From Deltaproteobacteria bacterium (GTDB lineage Bacteria; Myxococcota_A; Polyangia; Polyangiales; Houyiibacteriaceae), in assembly GCA_034670305.1 (NCBI GenBank), contig JAXMNT010000002.1, positions 96,001-160,000 on the forward strand: 64,000 bases of DNA, written 5' to 3'. Below the pieces are notes generated by a model that was not told the DNA's origin, ran no database searches, and saw only the letters and a program-made list of their open reading frames with translations. Of the stretch, positions 9,478-20,482 are shown piece after piece; within the stretch, counting starts at the first letter, position 1; every line of letters begins with the position of its first letter. The position numbers were made by a program, and so were the translations under genes.

Positions 9478-11931
9478 GTGCGGCTCCTTGGACTGCTCGG
9501 CCTGTGCCTGCTCTGTACCGGCTTCGAGTGGGAAGGCCGGCTCGGTCGACTCGAACGCGAGTTCGCCTCGGGCGATGCACGCCAGCGGCGGGACGTGGTG
9601 CGCCTCATGGCGGGCTACGGCGCGAGCGAGGTCCGCGAGCCGCTGCTGCGGGCCCTCGAGGACCCCGATCTCGAAGTGCGGCGGGAAGCCGCCGTGAGCG
9701 CGGGGCGGGTGCAACTCCGCGACGCGGTGCCGTTGCTCCAAGAGTGGCTCGACGACCCGGAACCCGACGTACGGAGTGTCGCGGCCACCGCGCTCGGTGA
9801 GATAGGCGACCCGCGGCCCATTCCAGACCTGGTGCGGGCGCTCGGAGATCAGAACACCGCCGTTCGACGGGCCGCCGTGGGCGCGCTCCTGCGCACCGGC
9901 GACGAGAGTGTGACGACCCCCATCCTCGGCCGGCTGGACGACGAGGACCCGGAGGTCCGAATCGATGCCGCGCAAGCGCTGGGACAACTCGGCGACCCGC
10001 GGGCCGTCGTGTCGCTCGTCGGTCGCGCACGCGACGAATCGGCGGATGTGCGACAGGCGGTGTACGCCGCGCTCGGATCGCTGGGCGACGCGCGCGCGGT
10101 CTCGGCCTTGGTGCAAGCGCTTCGCGACGACGCGCAGCCTGCCCAGCTGACCGCGATCGGCGCCCTCGGGCGGCTGGGCGCGGCCCGTGCGGTGGCCCCG
10201 CTGCGGTCGCTCGCCACCGGCGCCGACGCCCGGGTGTCGCGCGCCGTGATCGCTGCGCTCGGGGCCATCGGCACCGACGACGCGCTCGAGGCCGTGGCGG
10301 AGGCGATGGGGCGAAGCGAACTCCGGGAGACCGCCGCCGACGTGCTCGCGGGACACGAGTCAGACACCCTCACGGCGCAGCTCGGCACCCAGTTGGCTCG
10401 GACGCGCGAACCCGGTCAAGTCACCGCACTCGCGACGGCCATCGCGCGGCGCCTCGCCCGGGCGCCGGAGGCCTCGGTGGCCGAACCCCTGCTCCAGGCA
10501 CTGGTCGCGGAGCGCGGCGACGCCAGCCCGCTGCTCGAAGGGTTGGCGCGATCCGGAGACGCCGAAGTCGTCGTTCCGATCCTCGAACATCTCGTCGCAG
10601 CGGCATCGACCGGACAACCCACCGACGCGGCGTTGAACGCGCTGGGTCTTTACCTCGACCTCCACCCGGCCGACGGCCGCGCGGCGGATCCGCTCTTGGC
10701 CATTCTCGGCGAGGTGCCCCCGAACCAGCGGGTTCATGTGGTGACCTTGCTCGGCCGAGTGCAGGCCGCCCGGGCGCTTCCGAACATTCGCCCCCTGCTC
10801 GAACATCCAGAGGCCGATCTGCGGCGCGCGGCCGCCCAAGCGATTGGCGCGATTGGCGACCCGGAAGGTTCGGACGCTCTGTTTCCGCTGCTCCGTGACG
10901 ACGACCCGCAGCTGAGGATGATCGCGGCGCGTGCCCTCGGTGCGTCGATGGATGCGCGGCGCTTGGCCGAGGTCTTCGCCCTGGCCGAGGACCCGGCACC
11001 GGTGGACCGGCACGCGTTGCTCGTCGCCATCGGTGGCGCACTGCACCGAGGCACCGGCGAGATGGAGCGCTACGAACGGGGCCTTCAGCGGTTTGCGTCG
11101 GGACCGGACCAGCCACTCGCCGCGCGCGCCATCGACGCGCTCGCGACATCAGCGGGTCCCTACGCCGCCACTGCGTTGCGGGCGCTGAGCACCAGCGGAC
11201 CGGTGGAGCGACGCCGCATGGCGACCCTCGCGCTCGCCTGGCATGCGGCCGACGGGGACACGCAAACACTTCTGCGCGAGCTCTCCGCCACGGGCCCCGC
11301 GCAGGTCCGGCTTGCAGCCGTCGCCGCGCTTGGCTTCGCGGGACCCGACGTCGTTCCGGAACTCTTGACCCACGCGTCGGAGGGGGCATGGCCGATGCCC
11401 GCAGTCGCAACCTTCGCGCTCGTCCAGCAGGTTCGCCGACAAGAAGCGGTGTCCCCCGAAACGCTCGCAGGGTTGTGTGGACTGATCGAACGGCGCGACG
11501 CCTACGTGCGCGCCAACGCGATGGTGGCGCTGACCCTCGCGGGTGCCCGATGTGAGGGCAAACGTCCCCAGGACTTCTGGGGACCGGCCCACGCGCCCAT
11601 GGTTCGGGCCGCGGCGGCCCGCTGGCTCGCCGCAACCTCGGAGAACGAATCGCGGGGCGTGCTGGAGCGGTGCGCCGCCGAAGACCTCACGCCGGAAGTT
11701 GCCGAGGCCTGTTCGGACCCACGGCTGCCCGCGGCCGATCAGACCGCCGAGCTGCACGCCTACGGCGCCGATGGCCGTGGACTGCTCCGCAACCGTCTGG
11801 TCGCGCTGCGCTTCGCCGACGGCGCCGCGTTGGTGGTGCACTCGGACGCGGGGGGGCGCGTGATCTGGCCCCACGCACCCCGCGGCCGATTGCGCTTGGA
11901 CGACCCCCTGCGCACCCCGCTCCAGCCCTGA
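9478..11931 (+). CDS. Exported HEAT-repeat protein
   Basis: N-terminal hydrophobic signal and many DPDxxVRxxAAxALGxxGD repeats. Confidence 0.85.
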   Translation: MRLLGLLGLCLLCTGFEWEGRLGRLEREFASGDARQRRDVVRLMAGYGASEVREPLLRALEDPDLEVRREAAVSAGRVQLRDAVPLLQEWLDDPEPDVRSVAATALGEIGDPRPIPDLVRALGDQNTAVRRAAVGALLRTGDESVTTPILGRLDDEDPEVRIDAAQALGQLGDPRAVVSLVGRARDESADVRQAVYAALGSLGDARAVSALVQALRDDAQPAQLTAIGALGRLGAARAVAPLRSLATGADARVSRAVIAALGAIGTDDALEAVAEAMGRSELRETAADVLAGHESDTLTAQLGTQLARTREPGQVTALATAIARRLARAPEASVAEPLLQALVAERGDASPLLEGLARSGDAEVVVPILEHLVAAASTGQPTDAALNALGLYLDLHPADGRAADPLLAILGEVPPNQRVHVVTLLGRVQAARALPNIRPLLEHPEADLRRAAAQAIGAIGDPEGSDALFPLLRDDDPQLRMIAARALGASMDARRLAEVFALAEDPAPVDRHALLVAIGGALHRGTGEMERYERGLQRFASGPDQPLAARAIDALATSAGPYAATALRALSTSGPVERRRMATLALAWHAADGDTQTLLRELSATGPAQVRLAAVAALGFAGPDVVPELLTHASEGAWPMPAVATFALVQQVRRQEAVSPETLAGLCGLIERRDAYVRANAMVALTLAGARCEGKRPQDFWGPAHAPMVRAAAARWLAATSENESRGVLERCAAEDLTPEVAEACSDPRLPAADQTAELHAYGADGRGLLRNRLVALRFADGAALVVHSDAGGRVIWPHAPRGRLRLDDPLRTPLQP

Positions 11932-12017
11932 GCCCGAAGACTCCGGTGCCCTCCCCCTCCCGAGCTCTGGCCCAAGCCGTTCCGGCGGAGGCGACGCGCG
12001 TCTGCCGCTTCGGCACC

Positions 12018-14138
12018 GTGGCCAGGCTGGCAACCGGCGCGCTGCTCTTCGCCCTCGGCTGCGCACACATCGCCCCCGACCGATACGGCGTGCACTCGAT
12101 CGACATCGACGGCATGGAGGATCTGAACGAAGAGGCGCTTCGTTCGTGCCTGGCCACCGCCGAGCGGGAACGCTTCACCATTCACTTGGGCGGCGGTTCG
12201 CACGAAGAGTGCGGCCGGCCGCCCTTCGATGGCGGCGCCGACATCGAGATGTGGCGGTGGCCTTGGACGGACTGGCCGCTCTACGACCGCAACGTGTTCG
12301 AGCGCGATCTGCAGCGCATCGAACGCTGGTACCGAGCGCGTGGGTACTACGACGCGCAGGTCATGAGCGTGAACACCGACCCTCCTCAAGCCGCGAACGA
12401 GGACCGGGTCACCGCCGAGTCGACCTGCGAACGAGACGACGACGACGAGGGGTGCCGGGTGCGGCTGCAGGTTCGGGTGCAGGAGGGCGAGCCGGTCCTC
12501 GTGCGCAGCCTCTCGATCGCGCCGGAGCGCGCGGAACATCTCGCCCGCGGCACGCTTGGCGCAGACCTCCTAGAAGCGCTCGCCGAGCTCTGGCAGCTGG
12601 AGGTGGGCGAGGCCTTCGACGAAGCGCTCTACGACCGATCCAAGAACCGCATGCTTCGGTACCTGCACGACGAAGCCCTGGGATGTGCGCGGGTGAGCGG
12701 ACGAGTGGAGATCGATCGAGAAGCCCGCGCCGCAGACGTCGTCGTGCGCATCTGGCAGGGCGCCGAGAGCCGCCTCGGCAACATCACCGTCACGGGGAAC
12801 GAAGACTTGCGCGAGTCCGTCATCCGGGCGGTCGCCGCACTCGAGCCGGGACAGCGCTACACGGAAGCCGCGCTCGCAGAAGCACAGCACTACGTCTACG
12901 CGCTCGGTGCGTTCGGTTCGGTGGATGTGCTCGGTCGCCCGCGCCGGAACGAAGCCGGCGCCTGCACGGGCGAAGTCGACGTCGAGATCCGGGTCAAACC
13001 GGGACGGCGGCTGCGGTACGGGCTTGGCGGCGGCGTCCAGGCCGGCACCTACCAGAGCGAGCTCCAGGCCACCGACGTGCGGCAGTGGGACATCCATCTG
13101 CTCGGGTTCGTCGAACACCGCAACTTCCTCGGCGGCCTGCGCCGCATCCGACTCGAAGGCCGGCCCAAACTCGTATTCCAACCGGTGAACCATCCCTTTC
13201 CGGTGCCTCGATTCGGGATGGATGTGCGGCTGCAGTTCCAGCAGCCGAGCTTCATCGAACGCCGAACCACGCTCGTCTTCGACACCCGATACGACTACGG
13301 CCCCGATCCGAACGATCGTTTCTTCCGGCACGTGCTCGACTCGTCGATCTCGCTGCGGCGCAGCTTCTTCGACGGCCTGCTGACTGGCTCGGTGGGACTT
13401 CGGGGCAATGTCTTCCGCGTGCGGGACGATGTGACCGCGACCACAAGCGACTTCCAGGTCGCGTTCGTGCAGACCGCGTTCCAGCTCGATCTGCGCGACG
13501 ACTCGCGCTCGCCCACACGCGGCTTCTATGCCTCGGTGGAGTTGCACGTCGCGCGGCTGCTGTCGTGGGACTACATCCGCACCGTCCCGGATGTTCGGCT
13601 CTACGCACCGCTCGGCCGGCTGGTCGTGGCGGGGCGGTTCCGGCTCGGCGTCATGCACATCACCCGGGCGAGCGACAAGCTCGATCCGGTCAGCCAGACC
13701 CTCGGTCCGCAGCTCTACCGTCTGCGTTCGGGCGGCGCGAGCAGCAACCGCGGGTTCGTCGCGGGGTACCTCGGCGACGCACCCTCGTTCAGTGGCGATC
13801 CGGACCGCCCCTTCCGGAGGAACAGCGGCGGCCTGCGCCGCTGGGACGCGTCGATCGAGTTGCGTCTTCCGGTCACGGAGGACTTCGGACTCGTGACCTT
13901 CGCGGACTTCGCCGACGTCAACCGAGAGCCGTCGTTCCGTTTCGACCACCTGCATCTCTCGGTCGGCGGCGGCCTCCGCTACGACACGATCATCGGACCG
14001 ATCCGGTTCGACATCGGCTGGCGGGTTCGTCGGGCGCAGGTCCTTGGGGAGGACGACGTCGACGCGGGGACGAACGTGAAGTTCCTGGGGCTCCCGATCA
14101 ACGGCGCCTTCCACTTCACCATCGGCGAGGCGTTTTGA
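12018..14138 (+). CDS. Omp85-family (TamA/BamA-like) outer-membrane protein, probably lipidated
   Basis: POTRA-like segments (DLQRIERWYRARGYYDA), HRNFLGG, GGASSNRGF, GLRYDTIIGPIRFDIG, C-terminal IGEAF. GTG start gives lipobox LFALGC. Start inferred. Confidence 0.85.
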   Translation: MARLATGALLFALGCAHIAPDRYGVHSIDIDGMEDLNEEALRSCLATAERERFTIHLGGGSHEECGRPPFDGGADIEMWRWPWTDWPLYDRNVFERDLQRIERWYRARGYYDAQVMSVNTDPPQAANEDRVTAESTCERDDDDEGCRVRLQVRVQEGEPVLVRSLSIAPERAEHLARGTLGADLLEALAELWQLEVGEAFDEALYDRSKNRMLRYLHDEALGCARVSGRVEIDREARAADVVVRIWQGAESRLGNITVTGNEDLRESVIRAVAALEPGQRYTEAALAEAQHYVYALGAFGSVDVLGRPRRNEAGACTGEVDVEIRVKPGRRLRYGLGGGVQAGTYQSELQATDVRQWDIHLLGFVEHRNFLGGLRRIRLEGRPKLVFQPVNHPFPVPRFGMDVRLQFQQPSFIERRTTLVFDTRYDYGPDPNDRFFRHVLDSSISLRRSFFDGLLTGSVGLRGNVFRVRDDVTATTSDFQVAFVQTAFQLDLRDDSRSPTRGFYASVELHVARLLSWDYIRTVPDVRLYAPLGRLVVAGRFRLGVMHITRASDKLDPVSQTLGPQLYRLRSGGASSNRGFVAGYLGDAPSFSGDPDRPFRRNSGGLRRWDASIELRLPVTEDFGLVTFADFADVNREPSFRFDHLHLSVGGGLRYDTIIGPIRFDIGWRVRRAQVLGEDDVDAGTNVKFLGLPINGAFHFTIGEAF

Positions 14139-17100
14139 CCGAAGACGCCTCATCGCTGGAGCCTGCCCCGGAGCCGTCGGAGCCGCCCTCGGACCCGCCG
14201 CCCGAGCCGCGGCGTGGGCGACTCAAGCGCACCGCGTTCTTCCTCGGACGAGTGGTCGGGTGGATCGCCGCAGTGGTGGTCTGCGTGCTCGCGAGCGTCG
14301 CGTTTCACGTCCAGACACCGACCGCCCGGCGCGACATCGCCCGGGTCATCTCCCGCGAGACCACCGCCGCCCTGGCGGGTGAACTCGACATCCCCGACTT
14401 CGACTCGCTCGACCTCTTCGGGGGCACGACGCGGAACGTGGTGATTCGAGACGCCCAAGGACGCGAGGTCATCCGCGGCGACCGCGTGCGCGCTGGCATC
14501 GATGTCTCTGCCTTCCTGCACGGCGAACTGCGGCTCACCTCCATCGAGATCGATGGCGGTTTCATTCGGCTGTACACCGACCCGGACGGATCCCCCTCGC
14601 TCGCGAACGCGTTCGGGCCGCCGGCCGACGCCCCGCCCGACGACGACGAGGGAGGCGGACTGCGCATCGCCCTCGAACAGATCTTGGTTCGGGACGTCGA
14701 CGTGCGCGGTGACATCGTCGACTTCCGCGACCTGCACATCGAAGACTTCGACGGACACCTCGTCATCCTGGTGGACCCGGAGGACGGACTCGATCTCCGG
14801 GTCCACCGCGGCACCGGCAACGTGACCGGCCCCTTCCCCTACCCGGTCCGGCTCGAAGGCGCGTACGCCCTCCTGGACGACCGGCACACCCACGTGGCTT
14901 TGCGCGCCAGCCGGAGCCGCGAAGGCGCACCGGACGAACACGCGTTCGGGCACCTGGTCGTGCGCGGGCTCGACCGCGACGGACCAGCAGAATTCGACCT
15001 GCGCGTCCGCGTCGATCCGATCTCCACCGACACCCTCGCCGGCGCGGACCTCGACTTCGTGCCCGTGGTCGGTCCGATCCGGGGACGCCTCTCGCTGCGT
15101 GGCCCACCGGACGCTCTGTTGATCCGCGGAAGCCTCGACACCGACGCGGGCCACGCGAACCTGGAAGGCAGCCTCGGGCCCGGTCCCATCCGGGTCGCGG
15201 TGCGAACCGGCAGCCTGCAGCTCGACACGTTGATCGAGGGTGCGCCGAGCCTGAACGTCTCTGGCCGCGCGGAGATCGTGTTGACGGAACCCGAGCCCAC
15301 CGTGGTCGTCGACCTCGATCCGATGCACCTCGGGGACGTGGAAATCCCCGCACTGCACGCGGAAGGCAGGCTGCGCGAAGACGGGGTCACCATCGACGAC
15401 GCGTCCCTGCCGCTGATGGACGGAGACTTGAATGTGCAGGGGGACATCGGCTTCGACGGCGCGATGAACTTGAGAGTGAACGCCAGGTCGAACCAGGTCG
15501 CCTCCGATCCGCTGCTCTCCAGCCTGCTGCCCGGCGTGCGGGCCGGCGCGCACATGGCGACGCGGCTCGAGCGGCAGCTCGATGGGGGCACCCGCTTGGT
15601 CGGCCGATGGACCTTCACCAACGTTCGCTACGGAGGGGCCAGCGCGCGGGTCGTGGCGGCCACCGGCTCGGTGAGCGCCGATCTGGCCAGCGTGGCCGAT
15701 CTGGAAGACCTGTCTTCACTCCGCCTCAACCTCGACGTCGAGGCGTCCTCGGTCGCCGCGGGGAGTTTCCCGCTCGGCGAAGCGCGCGGCACCCTGCGTG
15801 GTGGGCCGGCCCGGTTCACCTCCACGATGACCCTGCGCGAAGGGGGACGGCTCGCGGAAGCCGACCTGCAGCTCGACCTTCGCAACGGGCTGCGGGTGGA
15901 CGCACCGCGGCTCGTGGTCAGCTCGGGCGACCAGCGCTTCTCGGGCTCCGTGTCGGGGCTGTACGCATCCGGGTTGGTCTTCGAGGTGGGGGCGCTCCGC
16001 CTCGCCTCCGACGACGGCAGCCAGCTCGTCGCTGCCTCGGGTCGATGGCATCGCGGCCGTGGACACGACGACGCCCTCCACGCCGAGGCGGCCGGTTTGG
16101 ACCTGACCGCGGTTCGGCTCCTCGCCGGTGACTACGGGCACTACCTCGAGGGCATCGTCGGCCAGGTCGCGGGCACCGCCGACATCACGGGCGACCTCGA
16201 AGCCCAGCCCGAAGTCCACGTCGACGGCACCTTCGAAGGGGGCCGCTTCCGCGGACTCGAACTCGAAGGCTCCCTGGACATGGCGTACCGGTTGGGCCGG
16301 CTCGTAGGCGATGTGGGCGTCACCTTGCCCAACGACGGAAGCCTCGACCTGCGCCTCCGCGGCACTGTGGATCAGGACCGCCCCCTGCGCGACGCCCTAC
16401 CGGACGCGTCGCTGGAGGGCGATGTGACCTTCCGCAACGTCGACCTCGCGCTCCTCGACCTTCTCGAGATCGAAGCCCTCGAGTCCGCCCCCGAGCTCGG
16501 AGGATCGGTCGACGGCGAGGTCGCGTTCACCGGCGCGCTCGACATCTTCGACTTCGAGGGCCGCATCGAGGTCCCGAGACTCGCGCTCGGGTCCGGCGAC
16601 GACATGATCCATCTCGGCGTCGTCAGCCGCATCGGCTACCAGAGCGGTGCGCTCGTCGCGCGGGTCATCGCGTCCGACCACGCCGGGGATCTGATCGAAG
16701 GCGAAGTCTCGGTGCTGCTCGATCTGCTCGGGGTGCTGCAAGAGCCCGCCCTCTTGCCCCTCGTCTTGGATGCGGCCCCCTGGCGGATGGCGGCGCGGAT
16801 GTCGCCCCGCAACCTCGGTAGTCTCGAGGAGCCGCTTCGACGACGGATTCCGTTCGCCGACAAACTCCGCGCTTCCGCGTCGCTGACCGTTCGCGGTGGT
16901 GCGTACCGACCACTCGGCGACCTGGTCGTCGGGCTCGACTACGTGGGCGACTTGCAGGGGGAACTCTGCGGACAGCGGAGCGCGCCGCGAGGCGAGATCA
17001 TCGTGGAGCTGCGCGATCAACGCACCGAGATGCGGGCGAGCGGGTTCGTCGGCAACCGCCGCTTTGCGCACGCAACCGGTGGTGCCGACACCCCCATCGC

Positions 17101-18991
17101 CGAGTGGCTTCGGGACGTCGACTCGTTCGAGGCCCCCGAGACCGACGTCGAGGTGTTCGTCGTCCGCGCACCGGTCGAAGATCTCCCGTACGTGTGTGAA
17201 CACGTCGCCGGACCGATCACCGCCACCGCTTCGCTGGGAGATGTGTTCTCCACCCACCCCACCGCTGAGATCAGCGTCTACAGCGCGGGCCTTCGCCCTC
17301 GGCAGCTGGAGGCTCGGGGACGACGCGACGGCCGCCGTCGGGTGGTCGAGCGGCGCCACGCCCCCGCCTCCATCGTCGATGTTCGCGCGACCATGAACGC
17401 AGGTGAGAGCTTGCTCGCCGAAGGCATCGTCTCGTGGTGGAACGGCGGCTCCACCCACGTCTCCGCCGAACTGCCCCTGCGATGGAACGGCGTCTGGGAT
17501 CCCGCGCTCGACGACGGTTCGGAACCGGACGACGGGGAAGACGAACCCGAGGTCGCCGGAGCGGACGAGCGAGGCGAAACCGAACGCGACGAGGACGCCG
17601 AAGCCGGTGACGAAGGCGAGACCACGAGCGGATTCCCGAGGGCGGACCGCGCCCGCCGGCAACTCTTCGTCGTGGCCGATCTCGACGACATGCCCATCGA
17701 GGCGCCGCTCGTGTACGTCCCATACGTCGGCCACTCGTTCGGAACGCTTCAGGGTGAAATCCGCATGCGGGGCCCGCTCCTCACCCCGGAGTTCGGAGGA
17801 GAACTCGCGCTCGTAGACGCTGGAGTCGAGATCCCGTCCGTCGGCCAGCGGCTCGAGGGGGTGCAGGGCACGTTCCTCTTCGAAGGGGATCGCATCACGC
17901 TGCAGCGTTTGAGCGTGCAGGACGGGGACGGAGTCGCGAACGTGGCCGGCGACCTCGAACTCCAGGGGCTCTGGCCGAGCCGCCTCACCGCGCGGCTCGA
18001 CGCGTTTGGGTTCCCGGTGCGACGCGAGGGCAGCGTGCTGGCCACCCTCACCGGCCACACGGCCGTCAACGCGCAGTTCGAAGAGAACGGCATGGAGGGC
18101 ACCTTGGAGATCGAGGACTTGTCGATCCGGCTGTCCAACGACCTGGACCAGGAGCCTCAGAGCCTTTCGCTCCACCCCGACGTGGTGGTGCTCGGCGAGG
18201 AAGTCGAGCAGGAGGTCGACACGGATCCGTTCGAGGTGCGGCTCGCCATCCGATCGCTGGATACGATTCAACTCAAGAGCGACGACTTCGCGGCCAGCTT
18301 CGAAGCCGACCTGCAGATGGGCTACGCCTCGGCGCTCTCGGTCGAGGGCACCGTGGAGATCGGGGTCGGCCACTTCGACGTGTTCGGCAAACGGTTCGAG
18401 GTGGAGCGGGGCGCGCTCACGTTCGACGCCGAACACGCACTCGATCCCGGCGTAAACCTGGTGGCCCTCCACAATCTGCGCAGTCGACCCGGAGAGACGG
18501 TCACGGTGAGCGCCAGCGGCCGCCTCAGCGATCCGCAAATCCGTTTCAGCTCGAGCCTCACGAGCGACTACGGCGAGATCATCGCGCTGCTCGTGAGCGG
18601 CGACGTGCGTTCCGAGACCAACTTGGAAGCGGAGCGCGCACCGACGGACTTCTTGGCCGGCATCGCGGCGGGCGTGTTGACGCTGGGGCTCCGCGAAGAG
18701 CTCGGCGCGGTGGTGCCGAACGTCATCGTCGAAGGCAACAACTACGGCGGCAACCGCATCCGCGGCGGCTGGCGGCTCGAAGAGATCCTGCCCGAGACCC
18801 TTCGCCGCGTCATCCAGGGCGTCTACATCGAGGGCTTCTTCAATACGAGCGGGGAGGACGCCGCCCGCTCCCTCGGTCAGCTGCGCGACTATGGCTTCTT
18901 GCTCGAACTGGCGTTCCCGCGCGGCGTCGTGAACACCAACACCGTCACCCCACCCAACAACTTCTCCCTCGACGTCACCTGGCAGCCCTGA
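14135..18991 (+). CDS. TamB/AsmA-like translocation and assembly module protein
   Basis: N-terminal TM anchor, long beta-rich body, C-terminal TamB-like FDVFGKRFEVERGALTF...DPGVNL. TTG start overlaps the tamA-like stop (TTGA). Confidence 0.85.
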   Translation: MTEDASSLEPAPEPSEPPSDPPPEPRRGRLKRTAFFLGRVVGWIAAVVVCVLASVAFHVQTPTARRDIARVISRETTAALAGELDIPDFDSLDLFGGTTRNVVIRDAQGREVIRGDRVRAGIDVSAFLHGELRLTSIEIDGGFIRLYTDPDGSPSLANAFGPPADAPPDDDEGGGLRIALEQILVRDVDVRGDIVDFRDLHIEDFDGHLVILVDPEDGLDLRVHRGTGNVTGPFPYPVRLEGAYALLDDRHTHVALRASRSREGAPDEHAFGHLVVRGLDRDGPAEFDLRVRVDPISTDTLAGADLDFVPVVGPIRGRLSLRGPPDALLIRGSLDTDAGHANLEGSLGPGPIRVAVRTGSLQLDTLIEGAPSLNVSGRAEIVLTEPEPTVVVDLDPMHLGDVEIPALHAEGRLREDGVTIDDASLPLMDGDLNVQGDIGFDGAMNLRVNARSNQVASDPLLSSLLPGVRAGAHMATRLERQLDGGTRLVGRWTFTNVRYGGASARVVAATGSVSADLASVADLEDLSSLRLNLDVEASSVAAGSFPLGEARGTLRGGPARFTSTMTLREGGRLAEADLQLDLRNGLRVDAPRLVVSSGDQRFSGSVSGLYASGLVFEVGALRLASDDGSQLVAASGRWHRGRGHDDALHAEAAGLDLTAVRLLAGDYGHYLEGIVGQVAGTADITGDLEAQPEVHVDGTFEGGRFRGLELEGSLDMAYRLGRLVGDVGVTLPNDGSLDLRLRGTVDQDRPLRDALPDASLEGDVTFRNVDLALLDLLEIEALESAPELGGSVDGEVAFTGALDIFDFEGRIEVPRLALGSGDDMIHLGVVSRIGYQSGALVARVIASDHAGDLIEGEVSVLLDLLGVLQEPALLPLVLDAAPWRMAARMSPRNLGSLEEPLRRRIPFADKLRASASLTVRGGAYRPLGDLVVGLDYVGDLQGELCGQRSAPRGEIIVELRDQRTEMRASGFVGNRRFAHATGGADTPIAEWLRDVDSFEAPETDVEVFVVRAPVEDLPYVCEHVAGPITATASLGDVFSTHPTAEISVYSAGLRPRQLEARGRRDGRRRVVERRHAPASIVDVRATMNAGESLLAEGIVSWWNGGSTHVSAELPLRWNGVWDPALDDGSEPDDGEDEPEVAGADERGETERDEDAEAGDEGETTSGFPRADRARRQLFVVADLDDMPIEAPLVYVPYVGHSFGTLQGEIRMRGPLLTPEFGGELALVDAGVEIPSVGQRLEGVQGTFLFEGDRITLQRLSVQDGDGVANVAGDLELQGLWPSRLTARLDAFGFPVRREGSVLATLTGHTAVNAQFEENGMEGTLEIEDLSIRLSNDLDQEPQSLSLHPDVVVLGEEVEQEVDTDPFEVRLAIRSLDTIQLKSDDFAASFEADLQMGYASALSVEGTVEIGVGHFDVFGKRFEVERGALTFDAEHALDPGVNLVALHNLRSRPGETVTVSASGRLSDPQIRFSSSLTSDYGEIIALLVSGDVRSETNLEAERAPTDFLAGIAAGVLTLGLREELGAVVPNVIVEGNNYGGNRIRGGWRLEEILPETLRRVIQGVYIEGFFNTSGEDAARSLGQLRDYGFLLELAFPRGVVNTNTVTPPNNFSLDVTWQP

Positions 18992-19076
18992 TTGTTCCCA
19001 CGGGGCGGGCGCACTTCGCTGGACCGGGAGATGCCGCAAGCGTGGTGCGGATCCCAAGCCGTGGTAGAAACCCCGC

Positions 19077-20432
19077 GTGAAGAAGTACTTCGGAACGGAC
19101 GGGGTTCGCGGACTCGCCAACGCAGGGGTGATCACCCCCGAGATGGCGTTTCGGATCGGCCTCGCGGTCACCTACCAAGCGCGCCAGAAGGTCAGCCACT
19201 CGCCCCGCGTGGTGATCGGCAAAGACACCCGGCTCAGCGGCTACATGCTCGAGACCGCGCTCTCGGCCGGGGTGTGCGCCATGGGTGGTCGAGTGCTGCT
19301 CAGTGGTCCGCTCCCCACGCCCGCGATCGCCCACCTGACCACGAGCATGCGCGCCGACGTCGGCGTGGTGATCAGCGCGTCCCACAACGCCTACCAGGAC
19401 AACGGCATCAAGCTCTTCGGCGGCGACGGGTACAAGCTCGACGACGCGCTCGAAGAACGCCTCGAGGCGCTCATCGACGGCGACGAACTCGACTCCAACC
19501 GGCCGACGGGCATGAGGGTCGGCCGCGCGGGTCGACTCGACGACGCGCCCGGCCGCTACGTGGCGTTCGTGAAAGCCACCTTCCCGAAGGACCGGACCCT
19601 CGACGGAGTGCGCATCGTGGTCGATGCGGCCCACGGTGCGGCCTACCGCGTGGCGCCCTTGGTTTTCGCGGAGCTCGGCGCCGAGGTCCACAGCATCGGC
19701 GTCAAACCCGATGGCAAGAACATCAACAAGAAGTGCGGGGCGATGCACCCGGAGGCCGTGGCGCGCGAAGTGCGCAAGCGGAAGGCGCTTCTCGGGCTCG
19801 CGCTCGACGGGGACGCAGACCGAGTGATCATGGTCGATGAGAAAGGCCAGGTGGTCGATGGCGACGCGTTGATGGCGCTGTGCGCGACCCGCATGTTGGC
19901 CAAGCGGCAACTGCGCAAGAAGACCTTGGTGGCCACGGTGATGAGCAACCTGGGACTCGAACGCGCCATCCAAGATGCCGGTGGCAAGCTGGTCCGGTGT
20001 TCGGTCGGGGACCGCTACGTCGTCGAGACGCTTCGGAACAGGAAGCTCTCGTTCGGCGGTGAACAGAGTGGCCACCTGGTCTTCCTCGACCACGCGACCA
20101 CGGGCGATGGACTCGTGGCTGCGCTGCAGGCGCTCGCGATCGTTCAAGCCGAAGGCCGGCCACTCAGCGAACTCGCCTCCACCGTGATGAGCCGCGTCCC
20201 GCAGCTGCTGCTCAACGAGACGTTCGGCGCCCGCAAGCCGCTCCGGAAGATGCCCTACACCCAAGAAGCGATCTCCAAGGAGTCCGATGCGCTCGGCCAA
20301 GACGGCCGCGTGCTCGTGCGATGGAGCGGCACCGAACCGAAGCTCCGGGTGATGGTCGAAGGTCCCACCGCGGGCCGAATCGACAAAGCCGCGCGGCGGA
20401 TCCTCGCCGCGGCGCGGAAAGACCTCGCCTAG
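19077..20432 (+). CDS. glmM: Phosphoglucosamine mutase
   Basis: [36 protein letters not shown]. Confidence 0.97.
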   Translation: MKKYFGTDGVRGLANAGVITPEMAFRIGLAVTYQARQKVSHSPRVVIGKDTRLSGYMLETALSAGVCAMGGRVLLSGPLPTPAIAHLTTSMRADVGVVISASHNAYQDNGIKLFGGDGYKLDDALEERLEALIDGDELDSNRPTGMRVGRAGRLDDAPGRYVAFVKATFPKDRTLDGVRIVVDAAHGAAYRVAPLVFAELGAEVHSIGVKPDGKNINKKCGAMHPEAVAREVRKRKALLGLALDGDADRVIMVDEKGQVVDGDALMALCATRMLAKRQLRKKTLVATVMSNLGLERAIQDAGGKLVRCSVGDRYVVETLRNRKLSFGGEQSGHLVFLDHATTGDGLVAALQALAIVQAEGRPLSELASTVMSRVPQLLLNETFGARKPLRKMPYTQEAISKESDALGQDGRVLVRWSGTEPKLRVMVEGPTAGRIDKAARRILAAARKDLA

Positions 20433-20482
20433 AGCGCAAGGCGCAACACCGCCTCGGCGTCCTGCTATCCGCCGCCCCCGGC

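Noticed and set aside
12146-14134. 2281-aa ORF 12146-18991 as a single protein
   Set aside because: The first ~660 aa are an Arg-rich off-frame shadow of the tamA-like gene. The TamB-like sequence starts at the TTGA overlap near 14135.
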